Positions 29,764-43,052 of a DNA stretch of 64,000 nt are shown piece by piece. The stretch spans positions 4,206,409 through 4,270,408 of the forward strand of contig CAVNZM010000012.1 of NCBI GenBank assembly GCA_963693365.1, in the 5' to 3' direction. The notes below the pieces were generated by a model, which saw only the letters and a program-made list of their open reading frames with translations, was not told where the DNA came from and did no database searches. The stretch is from Amoebidium appalachense (lineage: Eukaryota; Protista; Ichthyosporea). The position numbers and the translations under genes are program-made. Positions within the stretch are counted from its first letter, which is position 1, and each line of letters begins with the position of its first letter.

Positions 29764-32547
29764 TTACACCTGCAGGCCAGCAAACAGGTTGCCCAGTGCC
29801 AGTGTCTGCAAATACAACTCCTTGTCCGTAGTTGCCGGCATGCCCTCGGGGGCAGTCTCTGGCTCGATGCGGTATATATAGTTGAACACACGGTCCATCG
29901 TCTCGGGGCTGAAGTGGTATACGAGCTTTTTTTTTTTTTTTTTTTTTTTTTGGGGGGGGGGGGGGGGGGGAGGGGGTGGTTGTGTCATGGGGGGGGAGGG
30001 GAGGGGGGATGGGGGGAGGGGAGGAGGGGATGGGAGGGAGGGAGGGAGGGGAAAAGAGAGGTATATGTGCTTGTAAGATCGGGTAGGGTCTTGGGGCGAG
30101 AGGGGGGGGAGGATGGGGGGGGGGGGGGGGGGGGGGGGTAAGGATGTGAGTAACGGAACGGGTATGATGCGAGGGTTACTTCTTCTGTTCTCAGCATGAG
30201 AGGATTGTGTGTGTGTTTGGGTTAGATACAACCCCATGTGGGTTGGGGTGGGGGGGATGGGGGGGGGGGGGGATGGGTGTTTTTTTTTTTGTGCCTACTT
30301 TTGTAACCACGGGCCGTGAGGGAGAATGATGGAGTTTGTGGGGAGGGGGGAGAAGGGGGGGAAGTGGGGGGGGGGGGGGGGGGCTTGGTTTTTCAAAAAA
30401 AAAATTTTTTTAAAGGGTGGGGGAGGGGGGGGAGGCGGAGGGGGGAAGGGGGGGGGGGGGGGGGGGGGCAATTTTTTTTCCGGGGGGGGGGGGGGGGGGG
30501 GGGGAGGGGGGGAGGGGGAGGGGGAAGGGGGGAGGCATGTGGTCACCGGCAATGGTGGTGGCTGTGGTGGGTGATAGTCTTTTTCTTTCTTTATTTCAGC
30601 CGTTTGTTTTCTTTTTTTGTTTTGGTGGACCCGGAGGGGGGGGAGGGGGGGGGGGGGGCGAGGGGAGGGGAACAAGGGGAGGCATGATAAGGTGATTGGA
30701 TCAGGTAGGGAGGATGGGGAGTGTATGTGGGTGGGTGTGAAAGATGGGTAAGGGTGTATGTTGCGGGGGAGGGGGGAGCCGGGGGGGGGGGGGGGGGGGG
30801 GTAGCGAAGAGGTGATGATTACAGCAACTCTTCACAAAAGAAGGGGGAGAGGGTGAATGAAGATTTGTGGTAGGCAAAACTATTATATCCAAGGCTTGAA
30901 TATCTTTTTGGGAGTGTGGGATTAAAGAAGGTGACTCCGATGCATCTGGTAGCAAACTTCTTTTCTGGGGGTGGGGGGGTGGTTGGGGGGGGGGAGGGGG
31001 AAGAGCAAGAAAAGTGCTCGTTGAGTCGATGGGGGACTTAGGGGGAAGGGGAGGGGAGGGGAGGGGGGGAAGGGGGGAAGAGCAAGAAAAGGGAAGGGCG
31101 GAAAATAAAAAAGGCAAAATGAACACATTGGTGGTTTGAAGATGCGCAATGTCATGTATGAACACCGTCCGTGGATAAAAGGTACACCTACCACAATAAA
31201 AAATTACCTAACTGCACTCTGGGAAGGGGCCGGCGGCGAGGGGGAGGGGGGGGGGGGGGAGGGGGAAAGGGGGGAATGAATGATAAAAACGCCATTTGTA
31301 TGTATACATCATCAATGGTTCTTTAACAAAATGAAGTCTCACCTGCATGATGTTGCCCATTGTAGTAGCCACCGTCTTGCGCCCGTCGGTGAGTGCAGAC
31401 AGCACCATGTCTGCGGCCTGATCGGGTGTGATAGCAACCATGTCGTAGTAGTTGAACCCGGCCCCCTTCTCCAGTTTAGACGTAGGGGCAATCATGTTTG
31501 TCTTCACCAACGGCATGTAAACGGTGTGGAAAGTGACGTTTTCGTGCGCTACCTCAGAGTTGAGACACTTGGAAAACGTGTCCAGAGCCGCCTTTGAAGC
31601 GGCGTATGCGGAGAAACGAGGTTGGTTTGTCTGTGCGCCGATGGATGAAACGTTGATGATTCGCCCGTAGTGGTTTGCTCGCATGCTGTTGAGAAACCCG
31701 AGGACCATCGCCACCGACCCGTAGTAGTTTAAGTCCATGGTACGTTTAAAGTCATGCATGCGATCGGTCGCGTAGATCCCCGACCGCCTAATCGACCTTC
31801 CCGCATTGTTCACCAACACGTCCACCCTCCCGACGTCACCCAGAATCCTCTTTGGGAGTTTTTTACACTCCTCTTCCACGGCCAAATTGCACGTGTACGT
31901 CATCACGCGCCCCCCCTTTTTGCATTCTTTTTCCAACTCCGTTTTCCCGTTTGCGAGCCTCTCTTCGTTGGAGCCGACAATAATCACCGTTGCACCGGCT
32001 CTCACCAATTTCTTGCTGATTGCCAGGCCGATACCGGATCCGCCTCCCGTAACAACGCAGACCTTTCCGCGGACTTCTCTGGTGAGTTTTGCTTCTCCGG
32101 AAAGCGCTGGAAGGAGTATGCGTTCATAGTAGTCCCATAGGCGCCATGCGTAGGTCTCCAGGGGGGGGCATGTGATGGGGGTAGGGGAGACGGAGAGGAA
32201 GGCCTGGGTGGCGGAGTCGTCAAAGCGGGTGGCGAAAAATGCATACTTGAGCGCTTCTTCGGGAACACCGGTCAGACCTGCAGTGATTTTGGGGGTTAAA
32301 GTTTGTTATTTTTTGGTTTATTTGGATGTGTGTACGTGTGTGAGTGTGGGTGTGTGGGTGTGTGTGGGGTTGGATGTGTGTGTGTGTGCGTGTGCGTGCG
32401 CGTGTGCGTGTGCGTGTGCGTGTGCGTGTGCGTGTGCGTGTGCGTGTGCGTGTGTGCGCGTGCGCGTGCGCGTGCGTGTGTGCGTGCGTGCGTGCGTGTG
32501 GGTGGGTGGGTGTTTGGGGGTGTGTGTGTCTATTTGTGTTCTTTTTC

Positions 32548-32579
<32 letters not shown>

Positions 32580-34219
32580 GGGGCGGGGAGGGGGGGAGGG
32601 GGGGAGGGCTGCCAAGCGTGCGTGCGGGTGGTTTGGGGTATGGGATTGCTGGTATGGGGCGCAGGAATGGGGGGGGAGGGGGCAAGGAGCGAGATTAGTT
32701 CGTGTCGTTGTGTGATATAGTGCTATGAGTGGAGAAGGAAAAAGTCGTAAGGTATGTAAAAAAGATAGGCATGCGTAGAGGGTGGGTTGGCCGGTGGTGG
32801 TGGTAATTGGGAGCGGAGGGGGGGGGGGGAAGGGGAAGGGGGGGGGAGTCATCGAGGTGTGCGTGTATGTGTGTGTGGACCGGGGGGTGGGGGAGGGGGG
32901 GGGGAGGGAAAGGAGAAGAAGGGTCTTGCAGCTGCTTCTTGCTTGTTTAAACTTTCGGGTGCATGCACAGAGTGTATGCGGATGTGTTTTAGTTTCGTTT
33001 GCAAAAGGAGGAGGGGGTGGGAGGGGGGAGGGGGTGGGGCATGCGAATATTTTTTGGTTTGCTTGTAAAAGGAGAAGGGGGGGGGAGGGGGGGGGGGGAG
33101 CTGCGGACATTTTTCGGTTGGCTTGTAAAACGAGGGAGGGGAAGGGAGGGAGGGGTGGTGGCAATGGTGGTGGGGAGGGGGGAAGGGGGTGGGGGGGAGG
33201 GGGGGGGGGTAGAGGAGGGAAGAACGGGGTTACAGACCCGTAGCAAGGTCAAATGGCCACTGCAGAGCCTTGGGATATTTCTCCACCATTGATGTCCCAA
33301 AAAAGTCGCTGGGAAGAAGTCCCAAAACGGTGTCGGTGACGCGGGAGGAAAACGTGGGTGCGTGCGCGGCCTCGCACAAAATGTTCAACACCTGAAGGAA
33401 CGTTTTCGGGTTCGGGTCGACCAGGTGGAAAATCTTCGATTCCGAGCCGGGTCGGTGGGCGCACGCGTCCATCGCCTTGACCACATAGTCCACCGGAACG
33501 AGAGGGATCTCTTTTCCCTGCAGACCGATTAGAGGAATCCACGATGGAATGTATCGGCGAATGGTGCGGATGGTGTCGAAAAGATAGTATGGGCCGTCGA
33601 TTTTGTCGACTTCGCCGGTTTCGGTCGAGCCGACGACGATTCCAGGGCGGAAAATGCGGAGGGGGACGTTGCAGCTGTGACGGACGACCCCCTCGGCCAG
33701 AAACTTTGTGTGGTAGTAGGGGTTGGGGTGGGTCTGCCCTTCATCGTACATGTCTTCGAGGAACGTGCCCTGTGTGTGCGTGTACACGTGTGTGTGTGGT
33801 GGGTGGGTGGGGGCGGGTGCGTGTGTGTGTGTGTAGGCGTGTGTGTGTTGGGCGGGGGGAGGGGGGAGGAAAGGAGTGTGATGGTGATGGTCGTGGTGGT
33901 GGTGGTCACGGTGATGAGAAGGAGGCGGATAGGGGAGGGGAGGAGAGGGGGGGGGGGAGGAGGTGAGGGGACAAGTGAGAAATAAGACAGGCGAAATTGG
34001 TCCAGATGGGGGGAGGTGGGATTAGAGGGGTGGGAGAAGAGTATTTTGAGTGCGCGTTGGGTCGGGCGGCAAAAGTCCGGAGGGGAAGGGGGGAGGGGGG
34101 GGGGGGGGTGCAGGAGGAGTGTGACGGGGGAAAGTTAGGCAAATGGACCATTTTACCATTCTCTTCACTCTTTTTTGTTGTTAATTTTACTACTACTATT
34201 GCTGCTTGGGAGGAAGGGT

Positions 34220-34312
<93 letters not shown>

Positions 34313-35874
34313 TGTGTGTGTTGGGGGAAGGGGGGGGGGAGAGAGAGAAAGAGGGGGGAGGGGGGGGGTTTGGTGTTGTTGCATGTGCACCTCTGGGCAC
34401 TTTTTTTTTCGGGTATGGTGTGCAGGTGGGGTTGGCCTCAATTGTAAAATGTGCGGAAGGGAAGCAGCTGCGTAGCGCTTGTAACTTTCAGGATTGAACG
34501 GGAAAGAGATTTTATGGTGTTGCGCAATGCATAATGTTAGAAAGAATATCCGGGCAGGCGCCGAATGAGGAGGAGGAAGGGGGGGGGGGGGGGGGGGGGA
34601 GGGGGGAGGGGGTCTGCCGTGCAGGAAAATGGAAGATCTCGGAGCAAAGTGGCTTGTTTGTCCCTTCTGTTCCTCTTTTTTTTCTTCTCTTTCTTCTCCC
34701 ATCTTTTTTTTCCTGTAAGGAGGAAAGGGGGGGAGGGGGAGGGGGGAAAAAAACACAAAACACAGATTAAGGATGTGTGTGTGGAAAAGCAGCAACAGGC
34801 AGCAGCAACAACACAAGAAAAGTCCACGGGCTCTTTGCCAGCTTAAACGGTGTTCCCCTCGAACAGAAATTAGGTGTATGATACATATTATGCATGTGTG
34901 CAATTTTGTGGTGCTGGTGGTGGTCAGTTGATTATCCGGAAGGTTCGAGGAGGGGAGGAAGAGAACGGGGAGGGGGGGGGAGGGAGGGAGGGAGGGAGAG
35001 GGAGAGGGAGATGGAGAGGGAGAGGGAGAGGGAGAGGGAGAGAGAGGGAGAGAGGGAGAGGGGGGAGGTGAAGGAAAAAGTAAGCAAAAAAAAGCAAAAT
35101 GGTGTGCATGAAGGAAAAAATAAGGAAAAGAAAAACATTACACACACCTGATAGTCACCAGCCACAGCAATAGACGACACATAGTTGAACTCCACCCCCA
35201 GCTGGTTGGCCACCTCCACCGCATGCCCCGTGCCCTCAACATTCACCGCGTGGTTCTCCTCGGGGCTTGCCTTGAGGTCATACAGAGCCGCCAGGTGAAA
35301 CATGCACGTGACTTTAGCCTCCTTTAACTTCTGCATGGTCGTGGGCCCCATGCCAAAATTCTCCTGGCGCAAATCTCCCGAAATCTTAAAGATGCGCGCC
35401 GCGTCCTTCTCGCCAAAACGGCTCGCGATGAGCGACGCGAACGCCGCGTCTGATTGGGTGGTGAGGCAGTAGAAAACGGAGGAAGGGTTTCGTGCAAGAA
35501 GTACTTTGAGCAGGTGTTTGCCGAGGAATCCGGTGGCCCCGGTGAGGAAGTAGCCCATGTGGACATTGTCGGGGAGGTCTGCAGTACCCATCCCCTCCCG
35601 ACGGAGGCGGGTCTCGCGGGCCGGCCCGGCCCACGATGGAACGCGTTGATCCAGGATGCCAACGTAGTGCTTCATTGCCTCCTCGCGGGGCATGTCGCCA
35701 CAGTCAAGCCATGCCTGTGTGTGTCACGGTGTGTGTGTGTTCGTGTGTGTGTGTGTGTGGAAGGGGATGGGAGGGTAGGGGGAGAGGGGAGGCACATTAT
35801 GAGGGGCAGGCAGGTTGGAGGTGGGGGGAGAAGATTAGGAAGAGGGAAGGCGATCGGGGATTTTTTCTTTTTTT

Positions 35875-35915
<41 letters not shown>

Positions 35916-36273
35916 GCCGGATGAAGGAAGGAGGGGGAGGGGAATTCGAGGGGGGGAGGAGGAATGGGGGGGGGGGGGGGGGGGGGAGGGGGGGGGGGGG
36001 GGGGGGGGGATAGGAGAGGGAGGGGAGGAGCTCGAGGAGAGGTAACACAGAATTTAATCATACCTGGTACTTCTTGCGGCGCACATAGTCGAAGTATGAG
36101 GGCTGGGGGGCGTTGCACTTGCCCTCTGTTGCCTGCTTGTAGAGTCCATACAGCGTCAGGCCGAGCTCACGTTCCTCCGCTGCCGTGGATGCCGCCACAC
36201 GTGACAGACCCCCAGAGCGTACAAACTCCTGTGCCTGGGCAAACAGGGCCTCGATGTCTGTAGCGTGCACCAT
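29764..36273 (-). CDS. Acyl-CoA-binding domain (ACBP) fused to a two-domain fatty acyl-CoA reductase (NAD_binding_4 plus classical SDR; Maqu_2507/AcrA1 type), ~801 aa, 5 exons
   Basis: Phase-consistent exons 36273-36064, 35714-35148, 33769-33238, 32277-31343, 29925-29764. ACBP: [34 protein letters not shown]...[11 protein letters not shown]. Extended SDR: [54 protein letters not shown]. Linker: RLWDYYER. Classical SDR: [49 protein letters not shown]. Confidence 0.95.
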
Positions 36274-36436
36274 TGTGGTGAGAGTATGAGGTAAGTGGTG
36301 AGACCCTTGTGTGGTACTGACAGTAACAAGCTAACTAGCAAAGAAGAAGGGAATCAACACTTGTGAATACGGTGGTAGAAAGTTGAACAATGGGATTGTG
36401 TTGAAATTTCGCCACACACAAACCGACTCACACTCT

Positions 36437-36572
36437 TTGACTGGTGTGCAAGTTGACTGGCGTTTTGCTCTGCTTTATATACCCGCGTTTTTCGAATTTG
36501 GAAGGAGGTGATTGGTGCCACACAAAAGCCAATCCCTGCAGCCCAGACAAGGAGTTTGACTGGCTCACGTGA
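36437..36572 (-). promoter_or_regulatory. Putative promoter of the ACBP-FAR gene: TATA, three TTGACTGG copies, TCACGTGA E-box
   Basis: tatataaa on the minus strand at 36474-36481; ttgactgg at 36437, 36453 and 36556; tcacgtga 36565-36572. Confidence 0.4.
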
Positions 36573-38212
36573 GGAAACCGTTTAGCCTACTTTCAGCTCT
36601 TCCCACAGAGCAAGAGATTAAGCGCTAGCATTGGCCGGTTGGACAAAAGCAAAAGCAAACTTGCATAATGCTAAAAGTGTATGCATTGACGCATAACGAT
36701 GTTCTTCCTACATATAAAAACACTCAAAAAAGAGGGGGGAGAACGTGTCCAGGGCGCCAATCATTTTCTAACACACAAGAATTTCTAGAGTTTATGATTG
36801 GGCACAAAGATCTAAAACAACCAACCAGAAATGGCTCAGGCTCTACCGATTTCCGATTGGATATTACGGTATCACGCCGCCAACCCACTAGATTCACGAC
36901 GATTCCACTGCTTGCTGTTTGTTGTGCCTGTACAATGCCAGTTGTGAATCATGGCAAGGACAACGCGAAGCAGAAAATCAAGAGCAGTGCCTTACGGTCC
37001 AGATCGAATCCGGTTCGATCCGATTAGCCATATAAGGAAACTGCAAAAAACCGTTTTTACGAAAGGTAGCCCTACGTAAGTACTGAATGAAAACGAAGGT
37101 GCCGAGTTGAAAGATTTGCATGCCTGCAATGCCTTTCAGCTTCTCAGGTGTACACGTACCGCACAAGAGTAAAGTGTTGTTCTTTTGGAAGTTCAAACAA
37201 TTGCAAGTGTAAACAAGTCGGTGTGTAAGGTATTATTAAGTTTTTTGCCCTGGATGTGCGTGAATTACCAAGACCTGTATGCATTTCAGTACGTGGTAAA
37301 TTACCAAAAAAGCCTGGGGCTTACCATTTGGCCTCATTCTCTTGTTGCGGTAGCCAACACCGCCGCGGTATGTAGTAGAACCAAAACAAACCACACGTCG
37401 TGTCGATGTGGTGGCTTTGGGTGACACGCGTGTCCAAGAACCCCAGAATAAAGCACACAAACGGGAGCACGAAAGGGCTTGTAAGGTTCTGAACGACACC
37501 ACCCCAAGCACCTCATGACTGCCTGTAAAGATTGAAGCAAGCGAGGCCCTTTTATACTTGACAAAATGCGTGGGAGTGGGTGTATGAGAACTGCATGCAT
37601 TCTGTTATCTCTGAGACCACAACGGCAACACCTGTCACTGACCTGCAATTCTATGAAAACTCACGCCTCGCAGAACTTGTTGGATTTAAACCCTTTATTA
37701 CCTGTCACGTTTAACGGAGACATCTAGTTGGCCACTGAAAGTGGTAAGCACAGCTCCAATTACCATCTTACTTCACGGACTCAATCCAGTATCGTGTCAC
37801 ACACGCGGACTTTTCCCACGGATGTGCCAATCTGGCTCCAGCGATGAGGTTTCCGTGGCCAACCCCCTTGTGATCCAATGTGCGTAGGGGGTCCCCATTG
37901 GCCAACGTGAACGGGAGGTTGAAAAGGCTTTCACAGAAAAAGCCTGCCGGGTGATTTCTGCTGGGGCATGTGCACGTTCTCACGTGGCAGCACGCTGCCT
38001 CTCTCATTCTCTCTCTCCAGAGTCAGTCTCTCTCTCTCTTTCTGATTTCTCTCTCTCTCTCTCCCTCCCCCCTCTCCCCCCCTATCCCCTTCCCCCCCCT
38101 CCCCCCTCCCCCCCTCTCGCTCTCTCTCTGCCCCCCCCCCCCCCCCCCCCTCCCCTTCCCCCCTTCAACGCCTATCCTCCTACCTCCGCGAGGCTCCTTT
38201 CTCTTTCTTGTT

Positions 38213-38314
<102 letters not shown>

Positions 38315-38570
38315 GAGAGACTCTCTCTCTCTCTTTCTCTTTCTCTCTCTCTCTCCCCCCCCCCCCCTCTATCTTTCTCTCTCTCTCTCTCTATCTATCT
38401 ATCTATATATATATATATATATATATTCCCCCCCCCCCCCCCCCCCCCCCCTTCTTCATCTCCTCTTCCCTCATGAGGCCCCTCTATGCCTCTCTTTCAC
38501 TCTCTTCCCGCTCCCCCGTCCTACTAACATCTTCCTCGCCCCCTCCCCCCCTTCCCCCCCCCCCCCCAGG

Positions 38571-38630
<60 letters not shown>

Positions 38631-38668
38631 CCCCTCTCTCCCTCTCTCCCTCTCCTCCCCCCCCCCCT

Positions 38669-38724
<56 letters not shown>

Positions 38725-38952
38725 AGATTCCCCCCCACCCCCTCTCTCCCCCACCTTGTTTTTTTTTAACCACAATAAAATTTAGCCGTCGGGAATTAAA
38801 TAGACTTTGCACGTGTACCAGGTGCTCATGGTATTGTTGTACACGAATGTTTTCTTTTTTTTATTTTCTCTTTCCTTTCTTTTTTCTTTTTTTCCCCCCC
38901 TTTATTTCTTTCTTTCTTTCTTTATTCTTTTCTTTTCTTTTCTTTTTTCTTT

Positions 38953-39016
<64 letters not shown>

Positions 39017-39753
39017 TCACGATTGCGAGCATAAGGAAAAAGGAGAGAACACGGAGCCGCACCCCCCCCACCCCCCCCCCCCCCCCCTCCCTCCCGTGGC
39101 CCGCGTCCCAGCTATTTCTGCCGCAGAGAGAAGAAAAAGAGTGATAAGAGGGAGGCAGGGATTGTGGGAGAGGGAGAGGGTGGGGGGCAGGACTCGGTGA
39201 GAGTGTGGAGGGTGTGAGGGAGAGAAAGCCTGAGTTGGGGAGTGTGTTGGATTGAGAAGAAAAATAGAAGGTGGGGGGAAGGAAAAAGAAGGGGGGGAGA
39301 GAAGGAAGGGCGGGGGGGAAAGGAGGGAGTGAGTGAGAGAGTCCCTTGGGGAGGGGGGGAGGGATATGGGGAGAAGGCAGAGAGAAAGAGGAACAGAGAC
39401 AGAGAGAGAGTGTGTGTTGAGGGAAGAAAGAGAGAGAGAGAGGTGGAGGAGGGGGGAGGGGGGGGAGGGGGATCCGGAGAGAGAGAGAGAGAGCAAGAGA
39501 GAGAGGGAGAGACGGAACCAACTCATGAGAAACATGGGAGAAGGGACACTCTCGAAGAGAAGAATGAATGCAAGCCTGGACACAACACACACCTGCCTCC
39601 TTTAATAGTAATTGACGCTTTAGCCCTTGTGTCTAATTGGGGGAGGGGGAGGGGGGGGGAGGGGGGGCATGAATTTACAGCCGTCGGCCAAGCCTTTTGT
39701 GTCTGCTGTCTGCCTCCCCACTCCTCAATCCTCCCCCCGCGCCCCCCGCCCCC

Positions 39754-39798
<45 letters not shown>

Positions 39799-40894
39799 TC
39801 TTTCGGCTCTCTCCGACTCAGCCCATACGAGGGTCTCTTTTTTCTCATCCCGATGTTCCCTTCCAAACCAAAAATGTACACAAGTCCTGGGGATCATCCC
39901 CAGACTCTACCGGTTATGTTTCTGTTTCCGAATTGGGTTTCCTCTCGCTCTGGCTCTCCTTCTCTCCTGCGGACTCCTCCTCTCCCCCCCCTCCCCCCCC
40001 CCCCCCCCTCTCCCTCCCTCCCCTCCCCCTCCTCCCCCCTCCCCCCCCCCCCCTTGCCCCCCGCGCGCCCCGGCTCTCTTAAATTAATCTCTCTCCGTAT
40101 GCTTCCGCTCTCTATCCATCTTGTGTATTTTTTTCGTGGATGGGTGGGGGGAGTAGGGGAACCGGGGGGAGGACGGGAGGAGGGGGAGGGGGGAGGGGGG
40201 GTAAGCCCTGGACTTTGCCCCAGTAAGGAAACCAAGTTATTCTATCACCTTCATGCACCCCCCCCCCCCCCCCCCCTCTCCTCCTCCCCCCTCCCCCCTC
40301 CCCCCACACTCACCTGCTCCTCCCTTGCCCACTCCTCCCCCTCCCCCCCCCCCTCCCCCCCAAACACACACACACATGTACACATATGCATTCCCCATAT
40401 GCCCACACTAGGAACCTCGTAGATGCATAATAACCTAAACCCCCCCCCCCCTCCCCCCTCCCCCCTCCCCCCCCTTTAAGCCAAGGCAAATGTGTATAAC
40501 TTAATTGAATTAGGCACACTGACATCATAATCTGCCAGCATCATTTATAATCTATGTTTGGGCAGTTTTGAAAGAAAGTCTTTTCACTGTAATGGGTAAG
40601 AGGCACCTTGGCTTAGTTTACATAGTCACGTGAGTGGTCACATGGGGATCAATGGATCAATGGGGATAAAAATGAGAGTGACCCTTAACAATAGATAGCA
40701 ATGACAATCAATCATTCACTCTTTTAAGTTACAGGATTCCGGATCTATTGTACACTACTCTCCTACATGAGGCAACATTTGTAGCATGTGCACTTGGGTG
40801 TGTGCATGTGTGGGTGGCCCATGATGCAAGGGTGTGTGGTGGTTAGGATGGAGACGAGGGGAGGTGAGAGGGGGGGGGGGATGGGGGGGGGTGG

Positions 40895-40967
<73 letters not shown>

Positions 40968-41035
40968 AGGGGGAGAGAGAGAGAGAGAGAGAGAGAGGGC
41001 GAGAGAGGGAGAGAGAGAGAGGGGGAGGGGGGGGG

Positions 41036-41157
<122 letters not shown>

Positions 41158-41376
41158 TCAAAAAATTTGGCACCGGTCGGGTTTTGCACTACTCCGTCTT
41201 CCCAGACTCTCAAGACAACACCGTGTAGGCCACATAGAAATGCGAGTTTTGATAGTCTAAATGTTCTGGGCCTGATACAAAATATTTTTATACTTTATAA
41301 GAGATCTCTTCCAAGCCAAATATCACCACCAAGCCCTCCCCAGCCTTCACTCTATAATGCCACTATTGCTCCCCCG

Positions 41377-41407
<31 letters not shown>

Positions 41408-41484
41408 ACCCGTCCCTCACCCCCCCCCCCCTCCCCCCCCCCCCGCCCCTTCCCCCCCCCCCCCCCTCCGGATCTTTAAACGGA

Positions 41485-41960
41485 GGGCCAAACCACATCG
41501 GCAGAGTCAACTTGCAAAAAGCAGAATTATTCTGCAAAAGAGGAGTTATTCTGCAAAAAGCAGAATTATTCTGCAAAAAGCAGAATCATGCTGCAAAAAG
41601 CAGAATGCTTCCGAAAAGCAGAATCACTCTGCTTTTAGCAGAATTATTTCCCCAAAAGCAGAACTATTCCACTTTAAAGTTTTGACAGCTGAATAATTCT
41701 GCTTTTAGCGAAATAATTCTGCTTTCAGCGGAATGATTCTGCTTTGTAACAGAATCATTAAATTCCGCTTTTAGCAGATTGATTCTGCTTCTAGCAGATT
41801 AATTCTGCTTTTACTGAGATTAATTCTGCTTTACGGAATAATTCTGTTTTTTGCTGAATGATATCGCTTTAATCAGAATAATTTTGCTTTTTACAGAACA
41901 ATTCTGCTTTTTGCAGAATTATTCTGCGGAGCAAGTTGACTCACCCGATGTGGTTGGCCC
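41485..41960. mobile_element. Non-autonomous Foldback/Mutator-like element (~476 bp)
   Basis: Left end gggccaaaccacatcggcagagtcaacttgc matches the reverse complement of the right end, gggccaaccacatcgggtgagtcaacttgc. Flanks ttaaacgga (41476-41484) and ttaaacggg (41961-41969) form an 8/9 TSD. The interior is ~20-bp repeats of gcagaattattctgc plus an A-run (left) or T-run (right). Confidence 0.88.
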
Positions 41961-41965
41961 TTAAA

Positions 41966-41998
<33 letters not shown>

Positions 41999-42406
41999 GG
42001 GGAGGGGCACTATAAGTCGGTGCAAGAGCCTCTAATGGAATAAAGGTCTAACGGGGAAGTGGGAGGGAGAGGGAAGGAGGAGGAGGGCGGCGGGGTCGTA
42101 TAATATACAGTTTGCTATAAGTAGCAATCACGTGTGCAATCTATGCCTAGTGGTGCATGTGAGAACACATTTGGTTAAGGATTACTGGATATGGGATAGT
42201 GTGTGTGTGTGCGTGTGTAATAATAGAGGGGTGCGAATATATGATGTGTGTGAATCATTGAACTGTGTGGCACAACCTCATGGTGACTGTGGGTGGATGT
42301 TGTGTGTGCACCAACACACAGGCACGAGCGGTTCTGTGTGCTTGCATGTGCATGTGATTGGTTGTGTGCCAGGTCGTGACCTGTGGTTGGTTTTTTATAG
42401 CCGTCC

Positions 42407-42446
<40 letters not shown>

Positions 42447-42500
42447 TTCCCCCCTCCCCCCACCCCCCTCCCCCCTCCTCCCTCCAGGTTTTTGTCTAAC

Positions 42501-42592
42501 ATCATTTCCAGCTGCCGTATACGAGTGGGTAGTGGCCCCTTCCGGAAGAATGTAATCGTGCGGTATGTCACTGCGTGGTGTTGTTGTTGTTG

Positions 42593-42661
<69 letters not shown>

Positions 42662-43052
42662 TGTGTGTGTGTGTGCGCGAATGTGTGCAGGTGCGTGCAT
42701 GTGCATGTGCACTCGTGTGTTTACATGTGCACACACGTGCACGATAACGGTTTGAGTGTAACGGTTTAATTATCATCTATGCATATATTTGGCCGGCCTA
42801 ATGTACACATACAACTGTTCGAATTTCAATGATAATGATATTAATATTTTCCTCCTGAGGGTTTTGTTCTGGCAATCACAAAACTAACTCTGGATTTGAA
42901 GCTGAAAAGTTTTCGAGTTTCTGGGAGTTCAACTTGTTTTGTTTACACCTAGGCCTATGCCATACGCCGTGGGTGTATCGGCTCGGACATGCATCATACG
43001 GTGCCCAAGCGATTTTCTTTCCCAATGTTCTTGCTGTTGCGCATGCGCCGCC
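42501..43052 (-). CDS. Two candidate exons of an unrecognised gene
   Basis: Exon 43052-42949 (GGACATARTLGKKIAWAPYDACPSRYTHGVWHRP, phase 2) splices in frame to 42570-42501 (SDIPHDYILPEGATTHSYTAAGND); both have CAG acceptors and GT donors. No homology recognised. Confidence 0.3.

Noticed and set aside
41510-41930. Regular palindromic repeats resembling a CRISPR array
   Set aside because: No unique spacers, ~20-bp period, orientation flips midway, bounded by TIRs and a TSD, eukaryotic context with no cas genes.
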